NCBI RefSeq assembly: GCF_009834535.1
Contig: NC_045696.1
Coordinates: 5,830,001-5,894,000 of the forward strand
Source of the DNA: Camelus ferus
Lineage: Eukaryota
DNA: 64,000 nucleotides
Direction: 5' to 3'
Program-made: the position numbers and the translations under genes
The notes under the pieces: generated by a model
Database searches by the model: none
What the model was told of the DNA's origin: nothing
Seen by the model: only the letters and a program-made list of their open reading frames with translations
Shown: one piece after another, positions 36,106-47,698 of the stretch
Numbering within the stretch: position 1 is the stretch's first letter
Layout of the letters: the number at the start of each line of letters is the position of its first letter

Positions 36106-38361
36106 CTGTTTTCCGTGAATGAAACGCAGTGACAGGGCAGTTCTGAGGCCCTCGCTCTGGCTTCAGCCGTCTTGTGTTATTTCTGGCCTCCCCACACCTG
36201 GGCAGCCCTGGCTTTGGCGGGGCGGTGTTTGCTGTCCCTGGGCAGTGCCGGCCGCTTTGTAATCCGAATCTCTGGTGCTCACGCGAAGGTCGGGAACAAA
36301 GCTTTTCTTCAGTCCTCGACGTATTAATGGTTTTCTTATAAGAAGCCATGCAGTCGATTTCTTTGGGTTTGACAGCTGGGTTTCCAATGGAGGGCTTTCA
36401 ATCCACAAAAGGGTCATTCAGTGCCCCCTTTGGTCTTAATTAATTGCAGACCCTCTGGGCGACGGGCCCTGCGGGCCTGGGAGCCCAGTCTGGTTTCCAT
36501 TCTGCCCGAGGGCTCCATGTCGGAGCTCCGTTGGCACCAGACCCCCCGGTGGCTCTGTGCCTGCCGCCCCAGCTCAGACCCCAGCTGGCTCCTTGTGGGG
36601 CGGGATCAGAACAAAGCCTCTGGCGTCAGCTTGGGGATCAGTTTCCGCGACTGGCGGCCTCAGGCTTTCAGTCCTGGACCTGATTCACTTCTGGGGAGAG
36701 GGGATGAGAAGGTGGCCAAGGCCCAGCAGGGAGAGGGCTGGCTCGCGTGATCCGCACTCTGCCTGTCCCACCCAGAGCACAGACCTTGGGACCTGCGTGG
36801 GTTCCAACTCCAGCTTGGCCATGCCAAGCTGTAGGGCTGGGAGCAATTTCTTAACTTCTCTGTGCCTTCCTTGACCTCCTGAACGTGGTTCTGACAAGGG
36901 GTGACTGCATGTGACCCTCAGCTCCGGTGCCCAGTAAAGGCTCACTGTCATCGCTGTGGCCTTATTGAAGCCATGACTCTGAGAATGGACGCATTTGAGG
37001 GCACAGTTTGGTCTTCAAAGTTTATTTAAGGGACACGCCATTCTTTACTCGTGGTCTGGAAAGGCATGAAAGGGCTCTGATGGAGCCCTGCCAGGATTCC
37101 GCTCATTTCTCCTTCTCCCGGCCCTGCAGCTTTCTTCTCCAGACGCCTTTCCAGTGCCCAAAGCTCTTCTTTGGAATTCCTTTCCAATTCTTGATCCCCA
37201 AACTCAAATGCCTCTCAGAGCAAGACACCCACCTGGGCTGGCGCAGGAAGGGGAGACACTGGGTGTGCGAAACCAGACCCTCCCAGAGTGGGCCAGGTCC
37301 CCGCAGGTTCCTAGTTATATTAATAGTATTAGTAGGTGGTGAGACTGGGACTTGAACCCAAGTCTGTCCACGCCCAAGCCCTTCCTCCTTCATAAACAGG
37401 TGCGCAGGGCCGGTGCGCAGGGCCTGTGCCCAGTCCCTGGGAGCTGGGTTGATGAGAGGCATGATTTTCAGGGAGTGGTGCTGCCTTCCTGTCTTTGTAA
37501 AGGCCCCGAAGCGCACCCCCAGGCCTCAGGACAAATGCCCAGGTGACCCAGAACCCTCCTAAGGGCGTGTGTGTAAAGCTGGAGATGCTCGTGCAACAAG
37601 AGGGACGGAAGTTCTCTCGCTTGTCATGACCACGCTTTCACTGCCACCGGCAGGTCCGCACTGAACGCCTTGTTGGTGACTTGGGTGCCGAGCAGTTTGA
37701 GGGAAGGAAGACAAAGCAGTAACTGAAGATCAGGCCTGCTCTTGCAGACTGGCACGTTCAGTGGGGAGAGAAAACAGGAGTTCAAGAGTCACGAAAGTGC
37801 CAAACGCTGAGGGCAGCCGTGTCTCCCTGGGTGGAGAGTGGGGAGGTCAGTGCAGGCTGGAAAGACTCAGAAAAGATTCACGGATGCAGGGAGCCTGAGC
37901 AGGGCTTCAAAGGGGAGGGATGGGTGGGTGGTGGCAAATGCTGGAAGGCCCGGTGTGTCACGTGATTCCCAGGGGCGCAGTGGGATTGCAGCAGAAACGC
38001 AAAGTCCAAGTCAACTCACTGGGGATCAGGAAGGGCTCACGATTTCGCTCGGAGCGCTCCCTAGGCCTGGCCACGCCTGCGCCTAGGGGAGTCTGGCGGG
38101 TATTTGTTCTGCGCTTCAAACTAGTAGAGACAGCACGCTCCACGCTGGACTTTGCACTCCTCGGACTCTGAATTAAAACGCATAAGGCTCTGGTCAGGTT
38201 TTGGTGTAGCTTTGGTGCAAGATGGACCAATCCAGAGCCTTCGGGAGGCTGGCACCACAGTGGGCTAGTATCTTCCCCCGCCACAGCAGCCTTCCATGTC
38301 CCCAGGGTGCAGGGAGGAGCAGACGGCTCCCTGTGGAACAGCCAAGTCTGGCACTCTCCTA

Positions 38362-38522
38362 CAGTTCTCACACTTCAGCTCATCAGAATTACCTGGAGGG
38401 CAGGGCTCCACCCCCAGCATTTCTGATTCAGCATTTCTGGGCGGTGCCTGAGAATCTGCAGGTCTAACAAGCTCCCAGGGGATGCCGATGCCCTTGCTGG
38501 GGACCACACTTTGAGACCCACT
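38362..38522. mobile_element. MER5A-like hAT MITE
   Basis: catcagaattacctggaggg...ttctgattcagca...tgagaatctgca...ggggaccacactttgagacccact. Confidence 0.8.
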
Positions 38523-39707
38523 CATCTAAGATGGGAACTGAGGAGGAACCGCTCAGTGATCCTGGCCCCTCAGCTTCAGCTGCTGTAGACTGTTCCTGGC
38601 TAGGAGGCTCAGCAAGCCTGTTTGCAGCATTTTGGATCCTTACCTCCAATCTCCCAGGAAAGCAGAGATGTTATCCAAAGGCTAACGATATGCAGATGCT
38701 TATGCAAATATGTGCTCCTGGATCCTCTCTCATCTTTTCAGTGCAAGGCTTATGCAACCTGCTGCACTGAGTCACGCCCCCACCCCCTCCCCTACTTCTC
38801 TACGTAGGAGATTGACGGATGCTAAACATGAGAGCTTGCAAAACTGTGCAGTTGAAACAAGACCTGGTTTCGTAAGCAAAATGTTCCAGCTCCACCCCAT
38901 GCAATCCTGTGACTAGTACTTTGGGGAGATTCCCCCAGGGAAATCCCTAAGAGCAGAGGGAGATTTAAGAGGTCAGAAGGTAGGGGAAGTCAGGAAAGGG
39001 CAGTTTTTGCTGCTTCGAGGCTCTTTTGGGGCAATCGAGACTGTGGAACATAGAGGAAGGGTATTCCAGACTCACAAGGGTAATCAGACTTTAGAAAGTT
39101 GAAGCCTGCGCTGGCTGGTTCTCTCTCCTATGCAGAATCCAGGGGTGAGGGTGGAGTGAGAGCTCGGGACAGGGAGCAGGGCCCCCTCCCCCACATGAGT
39201 GGAGTCCCTCAGTTTCTGCATCTGTCAAATGGGAAGAAAGTCTCCCTCACAGGGAGATCTGAGAGGATGCGTAGTGCTTGAAGCTGGCTCCTGGGGAGTT
39301 AACCATCAGCAGACTGCCGGCCAGGCCCTGCCCAGAAACAGCGCTGGGAGCGCCTCCCCCCACCCCCAACATTTGGTGTCAGATTTTAAGGGAGAGCTCA
39401 CCTGGAGAAGGCCGAGGACTCTCAGGGCACTGGTGGGTCAGGAAACCGGACCTTCTGACCTTTGCAGTGTATTTTTATAGCTATCCTGGTGGAAGTGGGC
39501 GGCTGGGGGGTGGCCTCCCTTGTTATTTTTATCCGTGCTGTTTCTCCTCACCTGGCTTTCACGGCATCCTCAACAAGGGCACCCAAAGGGAAGAGAGGGA
39601 GATAGCGCTGTGCTTTGAGAAACCAAGGGACTCCCAGGAAGTTCAGATCTAGGCTCAGCAGAGGCAGGTGTGCTGGAGGCAGGGCTTCCGGGCACCCCCG
39701 CACAGAA

Positions 39708-39828
39708 GTACTCTCTCTATAGCGCCAGCAGTAAATTTCTATCTCCTATACTTTAGAAGAGTGTGTAAATGTTTTGTTTAACGGTTTTAAAATAGTTGAA
39801 ATGTGGTGTTTTCTGGGCTAGCTCTAGT
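39708..39828 (-). pseudogene. MT-RNR2: 16S mt-rRNA 5' fragment (within the NUMT)
   Basis: actagagctagccc...aaagtataggagatagaaat...ggcgctatagagagagtac. Confidence 0.9.
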
Positions 39829-39894
39829 TCAAAACGTTCATTTCTATGAAATCTCCTGAGTGTAAATTAGGTACTTTTTTTAAGCTACGTTTTG
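39829..39894 (-). pseudogene. MT-TV: mt-tRNA-Val (TAC) pseudogene (within the NUMT)
   Basis: CAAAACG TA GCTT AAAAA AAGT A CCTAA TTTACAC TCAGG AGAT TTCAT AGAA ATGAA CGTTTTG A. Acceptor and T stems pair; the anticodon stem has an A-C mismatch. Confidence 0.9.
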
Positions 39895-40572
39895 CTCATC
39901 CAAGCACACTTTCCAGTATGCTTACCTTGTTACGACTTGTCTCTTCTCATACGTTTTGCACTTGTTTATATTTTCTTGCAGGCTCGTTGGACTTGAAGAG
40001 GGTGACGGGCGGTGTGTGCGTGCTTCATGGCCTAGTTCAATCAAGCACTCTATTCTTGATTTACTACTAAATCCTCCTTGGGCCCTCAGTTTCATAGGGG
40101 CTTTCGTAAGGATTTTGAGATTTTCTTAGGACAAGAAAATGTAGCCCATTTCTTCCCATCCCATTGGTTACACCTTGACCGTAACGTTTTTATGTTTGAA
40201 TAGTTAAGCTTACTTTTGGTCCCTATAGGGGTTTATAGAGATGGAGATGGCGGTATATAGACTGAATTAGCAAGGGTTGGTGAGGTTGATTGGGGTTTAT
40301 CGATTATAGAACAGGCTCCTCTAGGGGGTATGAAGCACCGCCAAGTCCTTTGAGTTTTAAGCTGTTGCTAGTAGTACTCTGGCGAGTGATTTTGTTATTA
40401 TAATCACTTAGGTTTAAGGCTAAGCATAGTGGGGTATCTAATCCCAGTTTGGGTCTTAGCTGTCGTGTAGTAGATCGTATTAGGGTCACTTTCGTAGTTT
40501 ATTTTTACGTTGGTCATAGCTTTTTACATCTTGACCAAGACTTAACTCTATTTACTAGTTACTCATTAACAC
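39895..40572 (-). pseudogene. MT-RNR1: 12S mt-rRNA pseudogene fragment (within the NUMT)
   Basis: Conserved 12S helices ending ...ggaaagtgtgcttggatgag; the 5' part is missing. Confidence 0.95.
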
Positions 40573-41109
40573 ACGGTGCAGGCGGGTGTGCAGCACTCCC
40601 GCGTGGAGGGCCGCCAGGACCAGGGCCAGGACCAGGGCCGGCGCTTAAGGTCCGCAGGCTGAACTTCAAGGACTTGCTCAGCCGCTGGCACATAGATTGA
40701 GTGATGCTGGGCAAGATGCAAATGCTTTGCTCTGAGCTTCAATTTCTTTATTTAAAAAATGACAAAATATCCAACTTGCCAGCCTTTCAGTTGCGGGGGT
40801 CTAGTGCCAAGGTTCTCATACTGTGTGTAAACTGTTAGGTGAGAGCAAGACATCTTACAACCAGCCGTCTCTGCTCTGCAGAAGAGCTTTGAGTTGGTTT
40901 AGTTTTTATAAAGTGTGAAGGTGGTGACGACTCTGATGGATGTCTGAGGAGCAGCCGTTTCCCGCCGCCTTCCCTGAAGCGTGAGCTGCTCACTTGCTCC
41001 CCCGTGGCGGGGTCGGGGGCAGCCTCGGTTAGGGGCCCCCTGGGTGTGCCCCTGGCTCTGTGAGCGGGTCCTGCTTAGGGTGGGGGTTCTTCCCTCTCCA
41101 GATGCCATG

Positions 41110-41565
41110 ACCTCTTTGATGATGCCTGTGGACCCCTTGTTAGGATAACGTTTTTAAATGCATAAAATAAAACACTCTGGATTGCAAAGAAAATCAACTA
41201 GTATATCGATACACAGTTACTATAATTAAAAAATTTGTGCTCTCATTTTTAACGTATTTTGTAATAAGACCTACCAGCCGTTCTGATAACCACTCTTATT
41301 TCAAAGTAGTGATGGCCAATCAATGCTATTCTGAGATTTCTGGAACAAATGTAACGTTACATCAAAGTATCTGTGATTTCTAATCCATGGCCAAGTCCTA
41401 GGTTCAGTCTGTGCTGTTTGTTGTGTTCATTCACAATGGAAGTAAATGCTAATTTTCAGTTGGAGGTTAGGAAAAATATAAATGTCATTATTTTCCTAAG
41501 CAACTTCAAAGACCCCCTCGAGTTCTGTCCTTAGGGGTCTTGCGGACCCCTGATTAGGAGCCCTT
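41110..41565. mobile_element. hAT-Charlie-type DNA transposon remnant
   Basis: AT-rich body bounded by ctgtggacccctt...tttttaaatgcataaaataaaa and ...ggggtcttgcggacccctgattaggagccct. Confidence 0.55.
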
Positions 41566-42744
41566 GAATTAGAGCTTATTCATCGGGAATGTCTACCCGG
41601 CTTCCTGCAACTGCTGTGCATTTACCCCCTCCCTCCCTCCCTCTGTCCCTTCCTTCTCCACTGAATTCCCAGCTTGATACACAATAGCCCTTGATAAATA
41701 TTTCTGGAAGGAATGAATTCCTTCAATTATAGGCATGAGGTGAGCTTCTGTTAGGAGCCAAGTGCTTTGTAAGCTGTTGATAAAAAAATAGCTCCACCAA
41801 GCTCTGTGCCCTCATCACGAGGGACCTCCAAGTCGTGGACAGGCCAGCGGCGGCACCTGCCCGGGTTCTGTCACCTTGGATATTTGGCTGATTGGTGACA
41901 AGAAATTTTTTTTACAAACCCACATGCCTTGGGATCTCTACATAAGTGTTGTAAAGTAAGAATTCTTTTCTGCGGGCTGATATTTTAGAGGATTTGTTGC
42001 AGTTTATACACCCCACCTCCCTGCCATCTCCTTGCCACCTGCCAGGTGCTGTCAGCTGGTGCTGAAAGCTAGAAATGTCAATATTCTAATCTTTGCTTCC
42101 TGAGAATATGAATACTGGGTTCATGAAAATGCAAATCTTTCTTGGGTACAAGCTTCGCTTATCACTCGTGCCTGTGGGACTGGGAAAGATGTAAAGCCAC
42201 TTACAGTTGTTAGAGCCCTTTTCCACATTGTTCAATTGCTTGTGGAATTTAATGGTTGAATTTAGACTTAATTTCATGCACTCGTCTCTTCAGGAAATAC
42301 ATGAACATCTCATCTCATTGCTCTCCATACATAAAATACTGGTTGATTGGCTCTGCCTTCTGTTCCTGCTGCCCTGTCCACCGTCCCCAGGTAGCATGAT
42401 GGGGTCAGGACATTGAATCACAGGCTATTCCTCTCACTGGCTCCAAGAGTTCCTGAAGGATGCATGAAATGGAGGCTGCCCGTCCTTCCTGACTGTAACC
42501 AAGAAAAGTTTAAGAAAATATACATACATACATATACACCTGTGTGTGTGTGTTTGTGTGTTTGTGTGTGTAATCCAAACATTACTTACCCTTAACATAC
42601 ACACGTGTGCTGAAATTTTCGGTTCTAGTCTAAGTGCTTAAGCCTGTGTTCACATACATATACAGCTTGTGCGTGTAGACACACGTACACGTGCTGAAAC
42701 GGTGTGTATCCTGACATATTCCATTCTATTCCATCCTTTTTTTT

Positions 42745-42804
42745 AAAAATTGAAGTATAGTCAGTTTCCAATGCTGTGTTAGTTTCAGGTGTACAACATA
42801 GTGA

Positions 42805-42844
<40 letters not shown>

Positions 42845-42911
42845 TATTCCTTTTCATATTCTTTTTCATTATAGGCTATTATAAAGTATTGAATAGAGGT
42901 CCCTGCACTAT
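42745..42911 (-). mobile_element. Short L1 3' tail with expanded (TA)n
   Basis: aattgaagtatagtcagtttccaatg...gtgattca(ta)n...ttcttttcattatagg. Confidence 0.85.
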
Positions 42912-44268
42912 CCATGTTATCGCTATTCCATTCTTGCTTCATTTTTGTCAGTTGCTGGCTGTGACCATCTCAGCTGATTTCATGGCTTACGGCGGGGTGG
43001 AGATCCCGTGCAGACTTCTGCTGGAGAACAGCATCTTGCAGGCGTGGGACGGGTGAGGCGAGGCCTGCGATGCAGCCAAGGGATTCCTGGGGTGGGGTGA
43101 GGTGGGCCTGCTTCTAGTGACTTCTGCATTTGGGCCACTCTCTTTTTCTCCTGGCCTTGACCTCTGTCTGCCTGTGTTCCCATCACACTGATATTTCTCT
43201 TTTAACCTCAGGCTGTCAGCCTGATCCCTGATGGCTGCTGGGTCTCCATGGGGTCCCCCCACCCCGGCCTGCGCTGACTCTCTTTAGCCTCTCATGAGAG
43301 GCCAGAGGGGAAAGGCCTTTAACTGACTGTTAGCTCCTGGCCTCTCGGCCCCTGCAGATGGTGTGGCTCATCCAGGCCACCCTGTGAAGCCGCTACGATC
43401 ACCACCCAGTTTTACAGACCCGGAAACTGCCTCCTCCAGCTCGCTGACGTGCCCCGTGTCCAAGTCCTGCAGCAGGTAGGGGAAAGGGCAACCTCTCCAG
43501 CCCAGGCTTGCCTGGCCCCGAGGCCTACGGTTTTCATCTCTGTCCTGTCCAGACTCTTTGCCTTTTTTGGAGACTGCGGTTTAAGGGAAGGGCTCTGATG
43601 AGGTCTTCAGAGGGAAGATGTGCCCTTCTTCATGGGAAGCAGCTCTTAGGAGTCAGTCTTCAACGTTGCCCGAGTTAGGGAACTTTCCAGGAAGTCATCA
43701 GGTGTGAAATTGATTTTGCTTTTAAAGACACCAGGACTGATAAAGGCTGTAGCCGGTGTTCCTTTGTTTGCTGGCTATTTCCTTGTTTCCTTGCTGTTCT
43801 CTTTGTGTTTGTATGTGGTGGGGCTGCCTGGTTGGAAGCAGGTGGCGAATCGTGCTGGTGAGCTTTAGGCATTTCTGACGCAGCACAGCACTGTCCAGCC
43901 ACGGGGCAGGCTGCTGTGGGCGGGTCCTGAGCTTCCTGTGACTGGAAGTATCCAAGCCAGATTGCCCAAGAAAACCTGCAATGCAAGACGTGAGACACCC
44001 AAGATGTAGCATGGTGCCTGTGTACAGTAAGGGCTCGATAAATGTGTGTCTGATGAACGAGTTCTGAGCTTGGATGCCCCTTCCAGCCCTGATAAATCTC
44101 AGACAGGGTCAGTGGTGGAAAGGACACTGAGGGATCAGTCCATCAATTCATCAACTTTTTATCTCCAAACCAGCCCAGCCAGAGGGTGGCCCAACTTTCC
44201 TCAAACTCAACTCAGCTGCTCATGTCAGGGACACATCCCAGGACTGCACAAGTTTCAGAATCAGGGAG

Positions 44269-45031
44269 GTTTTTTTTTTTTAATTGAAGTGTAGTCAGTT
44301 TACAATGTTGTGTCAGTTTCTGGTGTACAGCACAATGTTTCAGTCATGCATATACATACGTATATTCATTTTCATATTCTTTTTCGTTATAAGGTTACTA
44401 CAAGATATTGGATATAGTTCCCTGTGCTGTACAGAAGAAACTTGTTGTTTATCTATTTTATATATAGTAGTTAGTATCTGCAAATCTCGAATTCCCAATT
44501 TATCCCTTCCTACCCCCTTTCCCCCGGGTAACCATAACTTTGTTTTCTATGTCTGTGAGTCTGTTTCTGTTTTGTAAGTAAGTTCATTTGTCTCTCTCTG
44601 TCTTTTAGATTCTACATATAAATGATCTCATAGGGCATTTTTCTTTCTCTTTCTGGCTTACCTCACTTAGAACTAACAATCTCCAAGTCCATCCATGTTG
44701 TTGCAAATGGCAGTATTCTATTCTTTTTTATGGTTGAATAGTATTCCACCGTGTAAATATATATATATCTCACATCTTCTTTATCCAGTTATCTGTCAAT
44801 GGACATTTAGGTTGTTTCCATGTCTTGGCTATTGTAAATAGTGCTGCTGTGAACACTGGAGTGCATGTGTCTTTTCAAATTTGAGTTCCCTCCAGATTTA
44901 TGCCCAGAAGTGGGATTCTTGGATCATATGGTAAGTCTATTTTTAGTTTTTTGAGGAATCTCTGTATTGTTTTCTATAAGGGCTACACCAAACTTCCTTC
45001 CCACCAGCAGTGTAGAAGGGTTCCCTTTTCT
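44269..45031 (-). mobile_element. 5'-truncated L1
   Basis: ORF2-end remnant ([15 protein letters not shown]). 12-bp TSD agaatcagggag at 44257-44268 and 45032-45043. Confidence 0.93.
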
Positions 45032-45274
45032 AGAATCAGGGAGTTCTTAAGGTGCTGCCTCAAGTCCCTTCTGCCACGAGCCAAGTCCACTTCCTGTGTC
45101 ATCCTCACTGGCCCTGGAAATGTAAGTGCGCCTGGACCCAAATACGTATGGAATGTGCGTTCTGACTTATCCTGTCCTACCATATCCTAGCTTGTCCTGT
45201 CCTGTCCTGGCTGGAGCTCCGTTCTTTATAGAATGAAGCACTTGGAAGAGACCACATCCTTTTGAGCTGGTCCT

Positions 45275-45470
45275 AGAGCTGAGGTTGGTAAACTACAGCC
45301 TGCTTTTGTGCATCACGTCTTCCTGGAGCACAGAACACGTTTTGCGTGTTGTCCGGGATCGCTTCACGCTACACAGAGCTGAGTAGTTGCAACAGAGACC
45401 ACCAGACCCACAAAACCTAAACGATTTACTTCTCTGGCCCTTGTAGGAAAAGTCTGCCGACCTTTGATCT
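45275..45470. mobile_element. MER58A-like MITE
   Basis: gaggttggtaaactacagcc...agagctgagtagttgcaacagagacc...tctggccctt...aaaagtctgccgacc. Confidence 0.75.
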
Positions 45471-45619
45471 GTAGTAAAAAGATTCGAGATAAAAGTTGAA
45501 AATATGAGCAGAGATTACACAGAACCCCTTGAAATGGGAGGTCTCAGCAAGGTCTGCCGTACAATCAACATGATGGGGGTGCACAGAAATTCCAGTCCCA
45601 TGGGGTGCAATTCAGTACC

Positions 45620-46115
45620 TACCCAAAGAACTGAAAGCAAGTCAACAGATACTTGTACGCGAATGAGCACGGCCGCTTTGTTCACAAGAGCCGAAAGGTG
45701 GAAATCACTCAAACGTCCATCAACACAAAAATGTGGGCAATCCATACGATAGGGTATTATTCAGCCATAGCAAAGGGTGAAGTACTGACACAAGCTACAA
45801 CACGAATGAGCCTCGAAAACATTATGAGTCAAAGGAGGCCACTATAAAAAGTCATATATTGTACACTGCCGTTTACTGGAAATGTCCAGAAAAGGTCAAT
45901 CTAAAGAGACAGAGATAATTACTGCTTTCCAGGCTCTGTGGGGAAGGGGAGAGGGAGTGACTGCTTAAGGACTGTGGGGCTTTGTTTTTGGGGGCGATGA
46001 AAATGCTCTGAAAGTAGATAGACGTGAAGGCTGCATACGTGGTGGATGTAAAAAGGGCCACTGAATTGTTCGCTTTCAAATGGATAACTTGTTATTGTGG
46101 GAATCTCATCTCAAC
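45620..46115 (+). mobile_element. Old L1MB-like 3' fragment
   Basis: tacccaaagaactgaaagca...tattattcagccat...ggggcgatgaaaatgctctgaa...ccactgaattgttcgcttt. Confidence 0.8.
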
Positions 46116-46999
46116 TGCTAGACGGTCCCTACATCCCAGAGGGCACCTGCAGCCCCACGCCCTCGGCGCGGCAGCCGCCCCACGCCCATGCGGGGCCTGT
46201 GCGTGAGCATCTAGGATGGTCCTGAGTCCCTTTCGATGCAACGCCGTGCACGCTGTTTCCTCGGGGCAGCGCTCTGTTCAGGAGATGAGCAGAGTCTCGT
46301 TACCCCGCTTCAGAATGCCTCCGTCAGGCGGGCCCCGTCAGCTGCCAATTAATCTCCCCATTCCAGCCTCCACCGAGCTCACCGTCTCCTGCACAAGCAA
46401 GGGTTGCTAAACAGTTTCCACAATGCATCCGTGGGAGAGGTACATGCATCTCTGGGAGATGTGATGAAAACGTTTGGGGTAGCCTGCTTACCTGACTTTA
46501 GGTACACCTGTCCTCAGGACCAGCTGTGTAATTTGTGGGGCCCGTGGAAAAGAAAAATACAGGGCCCCTTGCTCAAAAATTATTAAGACCTTCATTGTGG
46601 TGACCACTGCTCTGAACCAAACACAGGCCCTTCTGAAAGCGGGTCCTGGGTGGCTGGCCCTGTCTGTTCTGAACAGTCTAGGATGAGTATTCTCTTTGCA
46701 GGTGGAATAACTCGGTCATGGACATGCACTGAGATGGGCTCTGTATCCTGAACTACAACATAGGTATTAGATAAATGACACAACAGAAAGAGTTCACCTA
46801 CACAGAAAATGGGAGAGTTGAGTTGCATACCGGGGCACTTAAGTTTCTGCGATTTATTTTGCGAGCATCAGAGATCTGATGCTAAACAATGAGCCCCATC
46901 TTCTGGCCCAGCTCTGTGGAAATTCTCCCAGCCCTCCTTGTGGCATCAAATACATGTCTTTTCCAGGGAATCTGAAATATTCCAAGGATGCTCCCTACC

Positions 47000-47184
47000 C
47001 AGGCTGGCCAGATAAAATACAGGATGCCCATCAAAGTTGAATTTCAGAAAAACAACCAATAAATTTTTTTAGCTGAAGCATGTCCCAAATATTGCCTGGG
47101 ACATACTTATTCTAAAAAATTATTTATCTGGAGTTCAAATGTACCTGGGCATGCTGTATTTTTTTTTATTAAATTGACAACTCT
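47000..47184. mobile_element. MER53 palindromic hAT MITE
   Basis: gccagataaaatacaggatgccca...atgtcccaaatattgcctgggacatacttat...ctgggcatgctgtatttt forms a long inverted repeat. Confidence 0.85.
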
Positions 47185-47321
47185 GTATCTAATGCCTTCT
47201 GAAGACACAGGGCCTATAAGGGGCAGCTGCCAAACCACCGTGTGGGTCTGGGGCCCACGCTGGGCTGGCATGTCTGAGTGATGGAAAGTAAACCCAGAGT
47301 GGGAACTATTGGCTTCTGGTC

Positions 47322-47691
47322 TGTATTAGTTTCCTAGAGCCTTTTGTAACAAAGTACCCAAAACTTGGTGGCTTAGAACAACAGACATTTTTTCTGTTAC
47401 AGTTCCGGAGGGAAGAAGTCTGAAGTCAAGGTGTTGGCAGAGCTGAGCTCCCTCTGAAGGTGCCGGGGAAGGACCTGTCCCAGCTTCTGGTGGCCCCAGA
47501 CAGCCCTTGGCTGGTGGCAGTGTAACTCGAATTTAACGTGCTGTTCTTCCTTCCTCTCCTCACGCAGCTCTCCCTCTGTGTGTGTCTGTGTCCAAACCCC
47601 CCCTTTTTGTAAGGACACCCGTCATACTGGATCAGGGCTTCCCATCATGACCTAATTTTAACGTGATTATCTCTGTGAAGACCCTGTCTCC
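47322..47691 (-). mobile_element. MaLR LTR (MLT1) interrupted by an L1, resuming at ~48584
   Basis: tgtattagtttcctagagc...aagtctgaagtcaaggtgttggcag...taaggacacccgtcatactggatcaggg; continues as aaataaggtcat after the L1. Confidence 0.85.
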
Positions 47692-47698
47692 TGTCCCG

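Larger units (their letters stand above)
39708..40572 (-). pseudogene. NUMT: nuclear copy of mitochondrial 12S (3' part), tRNA-Val and 16S (5' end)
   Basis: Minus strand has the universal 12S motifs aaactgggattagataccccactat, aaactcaaaggacttggcggtgct, cacaccgcccgtcaccctc and aagtcgtaacaaggtaagc, then tRNA-Val and the 16S start, in mtDNA gene order, embedded in GC-rich nuclear flanks. Confidence 0.97.

Noticed and set aside
39708..40572. Functional rRNA/tRNA genes or bacterial contamination
   Set aside because: Truncated at both ends, mammalian mitochondrial gene order, lesions present, and flanked by nuclear sequence.
40614..40637. 12-bp tandem duplication ccaggaccaggg next to the NUMT
   Set aside because: About 40 bp outside the junction and on one side only, so it is not a TSD.
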